The notes under the pieces are model-generated. The model did no database searches and was not told where the DNA came from. It saw nothing but the letters and a program-made list of their open reading frames with translations. DNA of 64,000 nt from a virus (taxonomy: Duplodnaviria > Heunggongvirae > Uroviricota > Caudoviricetes). Positions 9,452-18,451 of this stretch are shown one piece after another. The translations under genes and the position numbers were made by a program. Every line of letters starts with the position of its first letter. Within the stretch, counting starts at the first letter, position 1. The stretch lies in IMG/VR virus record IMGVR_UViG_3300028048_000107, positions 12,254 to 76,253 of that record; one strand, written 5' to 3'.

Positions 9452-11212
9452 TTATTGCTCCTTATATGTTTTAACCCATTCTGTAATTCCACTACGATAT
9501 ACCTTACAAGCCTTCAAACAATCACCTAAGATATAATCCTCTATATTTTCTACATTATTATCTATAGCTTGTTTATAATATTCTGGATAATCTTGTTGTA
9601 AATTATCATAGGTAAACAACCTATCTCTATAGTACCAATAGTAATTAGGCTCAATTTGCTTATTCTCAATAAATCCTAAATTTGCGTATACATCACCAGA
9701 AAACCAATCATTATCAGAATATGCATATATAGTTATAGGGTGATATTCTTCATAAAAATATTCTAATAAAGGTCTAGCTAATCCATCCACATGTGCATCA
9801 AAATTAATACAATAACATTTTATCTTATAAGAATTATTTTCGGATGCACTAAAAGACATTGCTCCCATTAATTTTTCATTAACATATATACCATAATTTA
9901 TATCACCTATACCTATCCTATATCCAATATAAAATTCCGCACATAAATAGTCCACAACTTCTGATGATATCAATTTTATAGTATAATTATCTATAATCAT
10001 TGTCTTTTGTTTAATAAGCCAGCTAAGATACGATTTTATTTTAACATCATTATATTGCCAATCAACATCAAATATTGATATTAAATGTATATTCTGCTTC
10101 TTCGCCTGTAAAAATTTAAATTGATGATAATTACATTCTTTATCAGAAAAAACATTATTTAATGATGCATGAAATTTACTTCCATTATATTCAATACCTA
10201 ACAATATATTTTTCATATACATATCTATTTCCAGTCCACGATAACCATTATCTAAAATATGTAATCCACGAGATATAGACAATGAATTATCTAAAGTTAA
10301 TAGATAATCTTTAATTTCATTTTCTCCTGATGATCCAGCTTTAGCTATATCAGCACACCCACAAGAATACTGGCCACTATTTAATCCACAAACATCAATA
10401 TCTAATTCATTGCCACAATCACAACGACAATGCCACATAGTATGATACTTCCCCTTTATAGGATATAACATAGTAAGCATACCTTGACGTTCACCAGTTC
10501 TATCTCTATAATTAGGTGGATGTTTTTCATGTGCTTCACACCCACAGGATGTCTGCCCATGCTTTAAATAATAAGCAGCTACATCTAATTCCTTTCCACA
10601 ATCACATTTACAATGCCAATATGACCTACCATATTTAATTAGATGATAAGCTATAGACAGCTTACCGACTTTCTGCCCACTTAAATCCCCAAAATTGTGT
10701 GCATGTCCACGACATTCTCCACAAGTAGCCTTACCATTCTTCTTGAAGTTATATTTAACAGATTTTGCTAACATAATACGCTCATTACCACAATCACATC
10801 TAAATATCCAATACGCACCCTTTTTGCTATCCATATAATCAAACTTAATTGCTACCAATGAGCCAAATCGCTGACCAGTAATATCTGTATATTGTGGTGG
10901 TCTACAATTTGAACAATAATTTGTCTTACCACGCAACAAAGTTGAACCTAATATATCTTTCTCGTTACCGCAATCACACTTACAATGCCAATGATTTGAC
11001 GATGCTTTAAACATAACTAACCAATTACGTATCTTATCTCCAACATGAATACTCCCTTTAGGACATTTACCACAAGTTACCCTATCACCAGCAAGTAATC
11101 TATTTGTAGGATACCACCCTACATTCCCACATTCACATTGACACTGACACTTGGCTCCCTTTTCAGCAATAACTGTCAGCTTACCAAAAGTCTCCCCTAA
11201 CAAATTATTCAC
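9452..11212 (-). CDS. multi-zinc-ribbon repeat protein with Vsr/DUF559-like PD-(D/E)xK nuclease domain (candidate homing-type endonuclease)
   Basis: Five repeats of F/G.L.V...W.C.CDCGNE...L..G...CG.C (CQCQCECGN, HCKCDCGNE, RCDCGNE, HCKCDCGKE, HCRCDCGNE), then LGIEYNGSKFH resembling the Vsr/DUF559 core (IAIFVDGCFWH). Overlaps polA stop by 8 nt. Confidence 0.4.
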   Translation of the reverse strand: MNNLLGETFGKLTVIAEKGAKCQCQCECGNVGWYPTNRLLAGDRVTCGKCPKGSIHVGDKIRNWLVMFKASSNHWHCKCDCGNEKDILGSTLLRGKTNYCSNCRPPQYTDITGQRFGSLVAIKFDYMDSKKGAYWIFRCDCGNERIMLAKSVKYNFKKNGKATCGECRGHAHNFGDLSGQKVGKLSIAYHLIKYGRSYWHCKCDCGKELDVAAYYLKHGQTSCGCEAHEKHPPNYRDRTGERQGMLTMLYPIKGKYHTMWHCRCDCGNELDIDVCGLNSGQYSCGCADIAKAGSSGENEIKDYLLTLDNSLSISRGLHILDNGYRGLEIDMYMKNILLGIEYNGSKFHASLNNVFSDKECNYHQFKFLQAKKQNIHLISIFDVDWQYNDVKIKSYLSWLIKQKTMIIDNYTIKLISSEVVDYLCAEFYIGYRIGIGDINYGIYVNEKLMGAMSFSASENNSYKIKCYCINFDAHVDGLARPLLEYFYEEYHPITIYAYSDNDWFSGDVYANLGFIENKQIEPNYYWYYRDRLFTYDNLQQDYPEYYKQAIDNNVENIEDYILGDCLKACKVYRSGITEWVKTYKEQ

Positions 11213-13511
11213 CTAACTTTACTAAATTATGATATTCATCGAATCTATACTCATTACCATTCCAACTATCAAATACTGCAACATCAAATGCAGCAGGAAC
11301 ACTAAAACCTACACTACTTCCATCAATACAACATTGCTCTGCAATTTGACATACTTCATAAGCATTCTCAATAGGACAAGTAATGACTAATTCATCATGG
11401 ATGGTTAATACTATTTCAGTACCGAGTTCACGAAGTCTTTCATTATTATATATATTAAGCATCATACGCTTGTTACATATACTACCCTGCCCTTGAATAC
11501 GTGCATTCCAACACTCACGCTCTGCTTTGGCTATTTTCCCACCATTACAATAAATGATTATACCCTTCTTCTTAGCTTCAGCAACAACGCAATCCTCTTC
11601 CTTCCTTCCTCGACAATTATTTAATTTAGTAAAATATAAATTTTCATAATATTTACTAGCTTTTAAATCTTCTTTAAGATATGCAGGTAATTTAACTTCA
11701 TATTTAGGCAACAGTGCATCTGGAAGTCTACGTCTATAGCCATCCATTGTTTCCACATAGCCTTTAGTGTGCAAATCAGCATATGTTTGGTCTATAGCCT
11801 TTTTTAATGCAGGAAAAGATGTAAAAAACTTATCCACTAATTCTTGAGCTTTTTCAAAAGATATATTGACATCTTCACCTACAGCACGTACACCCTTTCC
11901 GTACATCAGCCCCAACAGTATGGCTTTCGCGTGTTTACGCCTAGTTTTACCATCTTTATTTGTCGTACCATCCTCATTAAACTCTAAGCAATCTTTATAC
12001 TCTACATCATATATTTGAGATGCTAAATATGAGTATACATCCAAGTTCTTTCTAAATGAATCCAACATATTTTCATCCTTAGCTGTTTCAGCTGCAATAA
12101 GAACTTCTTGTTTTTTTGCATCTAATGATATCATCACTCTCCCTTTACCAGGACTATACATATTACGTACATCATAAAATCCCGATGGGAGCTGCTGGTT
12201 GTTTGGGTCACTACTAGATATACGTCCAGTCCTCGCACCTAAACTATGGAAATTACAATGTACTTTACCATCATATCTAGCCATTTCAGGAAGTTTATCC
12301 ACAAAGCTACCTAAAACCTTATCATAAGCCTTAACATTAAATACTGCTTTAGCAATATTATATATAGGTTTATCTCTATATTTAGGATTATTTACAATCT
12401 CATTTATAACATGCTTGCCTGTACCACGAGGTTCTTTTTCAAATATGACACCACTATGCAATATATCATAAAATAAAATTTGTAATTGAACAGGACTATT
12501 ATAATTAACTGGATACTCTAACAAACTATTCGGATTAACTCTAATGTATTCTAGTATCTTATCTTTAACAATATCTACAGCTTCATTAAATACAACTACA
12601 GCGTCATCATGCAATTTCGCATATTTAATATGCAATTCTTGTGCCTTATTAAAATCTAACCAAATTCCACGCCAACGCATATCAGCAAAAACAGTAATGA
12701 TAGGTATTTCAATATTATGTAAAAGATCTACCACTTTTTCTAAATGACATTCATCGCATTCTGATGTACCTTTAGTTAAATAAGGTTTCTGGAATATATA
12801 TAAATCATAGCACATTCGCGAATCATGGGCAGCGTATTTTGAGCCTACAGATGGCTTTATATTGCAGAATGGTATGCCATCAAATAATTCTGCAAATTTA
12901 TGAATACCTGCTGATCCTTCCATAACATATTTATCATAAAGATATTTGAGTCCATGAGGCTCATTCTCATTTAATAAAACAGATGCTGGTAATGTATCCC
13001 AATATACTTTTACAAAATAACCTAACACAGCCCTCAATACGACTATATCATAATAAGCATTATGAAAAATAAATTTACACCCACCCTTAATCATAATATC
13101 AAACCCAAGCTTAATGGCTTCTTTTGATACTTGATGTGGGAGTAATTGTTCTGTAATATTACTTATATGCCCAATGGGTGCGTATGCTTCTATTTGATTA
13201 GGACTATAGATACATACACCGACTAACCCTTCAACTTGATCACGGAAATTTAAACCTGTACTTTCGGTATCCAGTGCAACATACTCACCTTCAACAGCTT
13301 TCTTGCAGTACTCAATCCATTTTTCATCTGAGTCTAATAAAATACAATGATAGTCTCCTAATGCTTCCTGAACTTGTGCCTCAATACTAGCCAGCTTATT
13401 TATTAGCGTTCCACTTTTTAATTTTATTTTTGGCTGTTGTATTTCTTGTGTTTTCTTAAGTATTGCTTGTGTAGACATTACTTGTCTTTTAGGAATATTA
13501 AATAATGCCAT
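11205..13511 (-). CDS. DNA polymerase, family A, with 3'-5' exonuclease domain
   Basis: Exo I DTESTGL; motif B RRKHAKAILLGLMYGKG; motif C LTIHDELV. Start placed at MALFNIPK (ATG 13511, RBS AAGGAG) rather than the track start at 13550. Confidence 0.85.
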   Translation of the reverse strand: MALFNIPKRQVMSTQAILKKTQEIQQPKIKLKSGTLINKLASIEAQVQEALGDYHCILLDSDEKWIEYCKKAVEGEYVALDTESTGLNFRDQVEGLVGVCIYSPNQIEAYAPIGHISNITEQLLPHQVSKEAIKLGFDIMIKGGCKFIFHNAYYDIVVLRAVLGYFVKVYWDTLPASVLLNENEPHGLKYLYDKYVMEGSAGIHKFAELFDGIPFCNIKPSVGSKYAAHDSRMCYDLYIFQKPYLTKGTSECDECHLEKVVDLLHNIEIPIITVFADMRWRGIWLDFNKAQELHIKYAKLHDDAVVVFNEAVDIVKDKILEYIRVNPNSLLEYPVNYNSPVQLQILFYDILHSGVIFEKEPRGTGKHVINEIVNNPKYRDKPIYNIAKAVFNVKAYDKVLGSFVDKLPEMARYDGKVHCNFHSLGARTGRISSSDPNNQQLPSGFYDVRNMYSPGKGRVMISLDAKKQEVLIAAETAKDENMLDSFRKNLDVYSYLASQIYDVEYKDCLEFNEDGTTNKDGKTRRKHAKAILLGLMYGKGVRAVGEDVNISFEKAQELVDKFFTSFPALKKAIDQTYADLHTKGYVETMDGYRRRLPDALLPKYEVKLPAYLKEDLKASKYYENLYFTKLNNCRGRKEEDCVVAEAKKKGIIIYCNGGKIAKAERECWNARIQGQGSICNKRMMLNIYNNERLRELGTEIVLTIHDELVITCPIENAYEVCQIAEQCCIDGSSVGFSVPAAFDVAVFDSWNGNEYRFDEYHNLVKLGE

Positions 13512-13524
13512 AACTTTTAACTCC

Positions 13525-13635
13525 TTAAAATGTATATAATTTTTTACCACATAGTTTACAAATACAAAGTAGATACAATTTTATTGGACTTTCCTTAACT
13601 ATAAATTCTCTACTTCCACAATTAGGGCATATCAT
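13525..13635 (-). CDS. small zinc-ribbon protein (36 aa), absent from ORF track
   Basis: ATG at 13635 after GGAG; MICPNCGSREFIV...CKLCGKKLYTF; stop just before the polA RBS. Confidence 0.3.
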   Translation of the reverse strand: MICPNCGSREFIVKESPIKLYLLCICKLCGKKLYTF

Positions 13636-13637
13636 AA

Positions 13638-13895
13638 TTATTTACTCCTTGACCATTTACTAATTTCATCAACCAGATTAAATGCTTCTTCTTTAGACGC
13701 TTCATTTATGTCAGTATTTACTTTTATGCTTATAAAATCACAATAAGCATGGGTATATCCTTGCGTTATATCTGAATCAACAAAAGGATCTATTTTTTTC
13801 TCTATAGTAATTTCAACTTCTGCATCTGTATTATTATACTTATTTAATAGTTCTAATAGTAACGATATTGGAATATTACTAATTTTACATTTCAA
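13638..13895 (-). CDS. hypothetical protein
   Basis: 85-aa ORF. Confidence 0.35.
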   Translation of the reverse strand: MKCKISNIPISLLLELLNKYNNTDAEVEITIEKKIDPFVDSDITQGYTHAYCDFISIKVNTDINEASKEEAFNLVDEISKWSRSK

Positions 13896-14125
13896 TCTCT
13901 ACACCCCCAATCATCATGTTTAGATTCCCAAACTATTGCTTCTAACTCATATTCAAGTTCTAAATCTTTCTTATATGTTGAAATAAATTTAGTAGCTTCT
14001 TGTTTGGTTCTACCCTTAAATACAACACCACAATATCTTTCAATATCATATATTATGTCTAACTGTTTTTGTGTTGGCTTTAATGCTTCTTCTAAAGTTA
14101 TACGCATTAATCTTCCTCCTAGCAA
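13892..14125 (-). CDS. hypothetical protein
   Basis: 77-aa ORF. Confidence 0.35.
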   Translation of the reverse strand: MLGGRLMRITLEEALKPTQKQLDIIYDIERYCGVVFKGRTKQEATKFISTYKKDLELEYELEAIVWESKHDDWGCRD

Positions 14126-14152
14126 AAAAGCAAGGACTTGCCTTGCTTAATA

Positions 14153-14368
14153 TTATATCCATTTTGCTGGTGCTGGTTTAAGACAATTAGGTACTTCTAT
14201 ATTATCTTCTAACCCCTCCGCAAACTCTATAAGTTCATCAAAAGAATATAATACTCTAGTACAATTTTCTTTAATAACATGAATGTGACCTAAAGAATCT
14301 GTATCATGTCTAATTAATATATCATAGCCTAATCTATGCAATTTAATAATAGCATCTTCTATCTCCAT
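14153..14368 (-). CDS. hypothetical protein
   Basis: 71-aa ORF. Confidence 0.35.
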   Translation of the reverse strand: MEIEDAIIKLHRLGYDILIRHDTDSLGHIHVIKENCTRVLYSFDELIEFAEGLEDNIEVPNCLKPAPAKWI

Positions 14369-14477
14369 TTGGTAATCTTCCTTTCTATCTTTTCTACTTT
14401 CCTTACCCTTTTATGCTCATTACAATTTGTAATAATCACAATAATACCAAATATTGCTAGTACAATAATAATGAAGA

Positions 14478-14852
14478 TTATTTGATCCACTTGTAGTACA
14501 CCCGTATGAATTCCTTTGCCCCAAAATTAACCTTAGTATTTGAATCTTTGAAAACTTGTTTTACAGTTTTAGCATTAATCTTATCTAATGCCTTTACTTT
14601 AGCTACAATTCCTGTATGACATTCTGCCCATTTAATGATTTCATTATCTTTATAATAGTGATAAGCAAAACATGCATATGCTTTTCGTTCTGTAGTGAAA
14701 CCATAGCCTTGAGCGTCATCTACTATTTCTCCTGTTTCTTTATCTACAAGAACGAATCTATCTTCATAATCAGAAGATAATGATGGACTTCTTACTGCTT
14801 TGGCTGTCCAAACTATCTTATCATTATGCCATTTCTTCTTTTTCTTTGCCAT
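14478..14852 (-). CDS. hypothetical protein
   Basis: 124 aa, lysine-rich N-terminus. Confidence 0.4.
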   Translation of the reverse strand: MAKKKKKWHNDKIVWTAKAVRSPSLSSDYEDRFVLVDKETGEIVDDAQGYGFTTERKAYACFAYHYYKDNEIIKWAECHTGIVAKVKALDKINAKTVKQVFKDSNTKVNFGAKEFIRVYYKWIK

Positions 14853-15147
14853 CTTTACCGCCTACTTCCACATATTTGGTAACTTCAACAACTTCTTTTT
14901 CTTCTCTAACTTCATAAGGCTGATCATAGAATTCATGTTCTTGAAACATACCATGATCTTCTATCCAACACAATGCAAAAAGTCTATCATCTACCTTAAA
15001 AATAGTAGTTACACTTTGATGACATTTGTAAACATCTGGATCTCTATCTTCATCCACAGTATAAAAATCATATAAAAGTTCGCTAAGTTCTTCTTCTGTA
15101 AACTTTTCTCCATTATCATATCTTGTTAAAAATTCTTTGTCTGTCAT
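14824..15147 (-). CDS. hypothetical protein
   Basis: 107 aa, acidic. Confidence 0.4.
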   Translation of the reverse strand: MTDKEFLTRYDNGEKFTEEELSELLYDFYTVDEDRDPDVYKCHQSVTTIFKVDDRLFALCWIEDHGMFQEHEFYDQPYEVREEKEVVEVTKYVEVGGKDGKEKEEMA

Positions 15148-15377
15148 AGTACCTTCCCTCTTAATTGTCCGATTGACCCATTATCTCTGTGAATATTACC
15201 AGGATTATGCACTCTGCAAAAACAATTTCCTGCTCGTTCACATAGAAGCTTTTGTGCAAACAATGCTACTTCAGTAGCACAACCTACACTATTCTTTTGT
15301 CTACTAATTTTTCTGATTTCTTCTTCTGGAAGTTCTTTAATTCTTCTACACTCTGCTATAAGTTCTTTACGGTTCAT
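15144..15377 (-). CDS. hypothetical protein
   Basis: 77-aa ORF. Confidence 0.35.
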   Translation of the reverse strand: MNRKELIAECRRIKELPEEEIRKISRQKNSVGCATEVALFAQKLLCERAGNCFCRVHNPGNIHRDNGSIGQLRGKVL

Positions 15378-15540
15378 ATGAGATTAATTGTCCCTTCTTC
15401 TACTAAATTTGATAACCTATGGTCAATAACATCATCCACAATATCAAAGGCTTCTATTACTTTTGCATGTTTAGTATGTACATATTCATCTCTAAACTTA
15501 TTTAATAGTACGTAAAGTTGTGTAATTTCACTCTGTTTCA

Positions 15541-15849
15541 TCATTTCACCCGCTTTAAATTTTTATTTCCTTTATGTTTTTTCTTTGGCTTTTCTTCTTC
15601 TACACTTAAAGCAACAAACTCTCCCAATAGAATATCTGCAAAATAAGATGCAAGCATAGATACCTCTAAAGCGTCTATATCTTCTTTTCTAGACTCAATA
15701 ATAAGATCTGCTACACCTTCTAATAATGCCATAGGATCTAGTCCATTTAGATGCCATTCCACATCATAACTCTCATCATTAAAAGTAGTTACTTTAAGTG
15801 ACATTTCGGTTTCCTGTAGTCTTTTACTCAATTTTCTTCCTCCCCTCAT
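15541..15849 (-). CDS. hypothetical protein
   Basis: First gene after terminator/promoter module at 15860..15925; likely starts at a TTG/ATG downstream of the RBS AGGGGAGGAAG. Confidence 0.4.
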   Translation of the reverse strand: MRGGRKLSKRLQETEMSLKVTTFNDESYDVEWHLNGLDPMALLEGVADLIIESRKEDIDALEVSMLASYFADILLGEFVALSVEEEKPKKKHKGNKNLKRVK

Positions 15850-15859
15850 TTACATAATA

Positions 15860-15888
15860 AGTATAACATATTTTTAAGCCTTTGTCAA
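15860..15888 (-). promoter_or_regulatory. sigma-A-type promoter (TTGACA-N17-TGtTATACT)
   Basis: tgtcaa 15883..15888; agtata 15860..15865. Confidence 0.5.
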
Positions 15889-15894
15889 GAAAAA

Positions 15895-15925
15895 AATAAG
15901 CCTGCCCATAAAGGGCAAGCCTATT
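15895..15925 (-). terminator. intrinsic terminator just upstream of promoter
   Basis: AGGCUUGCCCuuuauGGGCAGGCUU hairpin followed by UUAUUUUUUU on the minus strand. Confidence 0.5.
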
Positions 15926-15933
15926 TTCTCTAT

Positions 15934-16668
15934 TTAGAAACCATGATGATTACTTCTACGAGTTACCTGCTGTGGAGCTTCTTCTTTCTTTGCTGACATA
16001 TTAGCTTTTGTTGGATTCTGCTTAGTATTAAGGTAGAAGTCCATTTGCTCTGCTGTCCAAGTTTTAACAATACTATCTAAACGACCTACTGCATCATCGT
16101 CAAGAACTTCAAGATCAGCTTTAAGTTCTTCAATAGTTTTACCTGTGTCATATTTAGAAGGATCTACAGGAGGGAATAATGTGTATGTAGTTGAAGTACC
16201 TTGCCCACTACGACTTACTTCAATAGGCTCTGCCAAATTAAATCTTGCTCCATAAGGGCTAATGCTGTTAGTGTAGAAATTAACACTTCTAGTAAATAAT
16301 GCATAAGTCATCTCAGATTTTCCATTACGTTCAAGTACAACAAGAGGAATGATAAGTCTATCATGTGCAAAAGATACTGCACTATTTTGATTATCTACAT
16401 CCTGTGCTTTTGCTTCACAAAATGGACAACCATCACCCAAACAACTAACTTCTACAAAATATGGCTTACCTTGCTTACTATACATCTGAACTAAATGCGT
16501 TCTAACAACTGGGATTTCAGAAACATCAGATACAAGAAGCTGAATCACAGCCTTCTCTTTATCTTTCAAATAGAAATTATTTAAGTTTTTAAATTCTGTA
16601 CCTTGTCCATTTGCACGAGCTTCTGCTTTTTCTGCACGATCAATAGCGGATTGTAAACTGATTCTCAT
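15934..16668 (-). CDS. putative ssDNA-binding protein (zinc-binding, gp32-like), tentative
   Basis: H...C(x5)C(x2)C cluster (THLVQ...SCLGDGCPFC) resembling the T4 gp32 zinc site; own promoter at 16728..16758, RBS AAAGGAG. Confidence 0.25.
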   Translation of the reverse strand: MRISLQSAIDRAEKAEARANGQGTEFKNLNNFYLKDKEKAVIQLLVSDVSEIPVVRTHLVQMYSKQGKPYFVEVSCLGDGCPFCEAKAQDVDNQNSAVSFAHDRLIIPLVVLERNGKSEMTYALFTRSVNFYTNSISPYGARFNLAEPIEVSRSGQGTSTTYTLFPPVDPSKYDTGKTIEELKADLEVLDDDAVGRLDSIVKTWTAEQMDFYLNTKQNPTKANMSAKKEEAPQQVTRRSNHHGF

Positions 16669-16727
16669 AGTTTTCTAGTCTCCTTTGTCTTAAAAAATAC
16701 AAAATATTGTGTTTCAATTACATTACG

Positions 16728-16758
16728 TAGTATAGCATATTTTCTGAAATTTGTCAAG
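16728..16758 (-). promoter_or_regulatory. sigma-A-type promoter with extended -10 (TTGACA-N19-TGcTATACT)
   Basis: tgtcaa 16753..16758; agtata 16728..16733. Confidence 0.4.
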
Positions 16759-17785
16759 CTCTTTTTATAAAAAAGTGTGTATACATATCTATTATTTTAC
16801 TAAATGTTTCATCATCATATGCACCTAAGTCATTTATATCCTTCCCCTCTGGTAAATCTACAGTTTTAATAAATCCTGTATATTTTAATGCTTCTATTAG
16901 CTTATCACGCCCACGCATTCCTGATTGGTCTGGATCTAGAGCAAGACAAAAACACCTATACCCCAACTTTTTTATTTCTTCATATTGAGATTCTATACCT
17001 GTACCAAGCAATGCTATGGCGGGTACATGCATCTTTTGAGTTAATGTAATAGCATTAAGCATCGACTCACAAATATACACTTCTTTTGAATTCGGAAATA
17101 ACTTCTTAGCTTCATATATTCCAAAAACTGGCTTATTAACCCCTTGAGGGTAATGGTATATTTTCTTATGTATAGCTCGTTTAGCTACAAAAAGACAACC
17201 ACCTGTAATATCCTTTACTGGAAATGTTATACATTCACCTAAATTTGAGTCCTTACAATACCCTAAATCATAAGTTTCTATTGCCCAATCATTTAAATGT
17301 CTTTGATAGTGATACGAACAAGTATAGCGTAATTTATCTAATTCTTCTTCACTTACATATTCTATCTTTTTTGGTTTTGGCTTTTCTCGTGAAGGAATAT
17401 ATATTAACCCTTCTCTATTTTCTACTTCTATAGTACCAAAATGTTTAAGTATCCATTGAGTACCAAAATTTTCACCATAATATCCAAAACATCTTGATAC
17501 TAATGTTTCTAGTGTGCCTTTCTCATGACAAGTAAAACAATTAAAATATACTTTGCCAGTATCTCTATCTGCTCTTGTCATTATACCTGCTGATGGTCTA
17601 TTTTCATTACCGTTCTTATGAAAAGGACAAGTAAATACTATATCTTGTCCTGGTGATTTTGGCATCCACAGGTCTTTTAAAAGATTAATATTTTCCCTAT
17701 GTAATGTTTTTTGCAATAATAGCATAATGTCTTGAACACTAGCCATTACTGGTATATTATCTTTTCCTATGAATAACATAGGCAT
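16754..17785 (-). CDS. DNA primase (DnaG-type: CHC2 zinc finger + Toprim)
   Basis: CPFHKNGNENRPSAGI...YFNCFTCHEKG CHC2 finger; Toprim ICESMLNAITL...ALLGTG...LALDPDQSG. Confidence 0.7.
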   Translation of the reverse strand: MPMLFIGKDNIPVMASVQDIMLLLQKTLHRENINLLKDLWMPKSPGQDIVFTCPFHKNGNENRPSAGIMTRADRDTGKVYFNCFTCHEKGTLETLVSRCFGYYGENFGTQWILKHFGTIEVENREGLIYIPSREKPKPKKIEYVSEEELDKLRYTCSYHYQRHLNDWAIETYDLGYCKDSNLGECITFPVKDITGGCLFVAKRAIHKKIYHYPQGVNKPVFGIYEAKKLFPNSKEVYICESMLNAITLTQKMHVPAIALLGTGIESQYEEIKKLGYRCFCLALDPDQSGMRGRDKLIEALKYTGFIKTVDLPEGKDINDLGAYDDETFSKIIDMYTHFFIKRA

Positions 17786-17792
17786 TTACCTT

Positions 17793-18086
17793 TTACCAAA
17801 GAGCTAGGTTTAAGACCTCTTCTAAGCCTAATTCTATTACCTTATCTCTCTTAAAAATTCTGAAAACTTGCTTTGAAGGAACTACTTCAATGAATTTAGC
17901 ATATTCCCCATTATGTGTAATTTCTGTATAAATGGGAAGTTGTTTTAATACATTAATAGCTATTTCATCTATTTCTTCATATTCTTCACGCTCAATATCT
18001 TCAATTTTATAACGATACTTAGTCATTACTTGAGCCATCTTGTTCTTTGCTTCTTCTAACACGTTCATAGTAATCCTCCAATCCAA
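17793..18086 (-). CDS. hypothetical protein
   Basis: 97-aa ORF. Confidence 0.35.
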   Translation of the reverse strand: MDWRITMNVLEEAKNKMAQVMTKYRYKIEDIEREEYEEIDEIAINVLKQLPIYTEITHNGEYAKFIEVVPSKQVFRIFKRDKVIELGLEEVLNLALW

Positions 18087-18441
18087 AATTATTTACTTCT
18101 TTTAGTTCATATACACCACAATTCTTACATATTCTTAATTTAAATGAAGTGGTTCTTGTAGTACCTCTTGTAGCATTTCCGCATAAAGCAGTTAAGTCTA
18201 CATCTTTAATAACTGTTTCTGCAACTTGCTTGGAATCACAAAAGGGACATCGTTTTTTATTAGCTGGCTGTAAATCATATACATCCATTATTTTAAGCAC
18301 ATCTTCTAGTAGTTTTATATCTTCTAATTCTTCTGGAAACACCGCCTCTAACTTTAACCTATTTATTAATTTAGTTAAACCTACCTTAACACCTCTAAGT
18401 CTATAACGCATAGGTTTCCATCTATGATTTAATCTTGGCAT
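18019..18441 (-). CDS. hypothetical zinc-ribbon protein
   Basis: CPFCDSK...CKNCG. Confidence 0.35.
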   Translation of the reverse strand: MPRLNHRWKPMRYRLRGVKVGLTKLINRLKLEAVFPEELEDIKLLEDVLKIMDVYDLQPANKKRCPFCDSKQVAETVIKDVDLTALCGNATRGTTRTTSFKLRICKNCGVYELKEVNNFGLEDYYERVRRSKEQDGSSND

Positions 18442-18451
18442 GTTATCGCCC

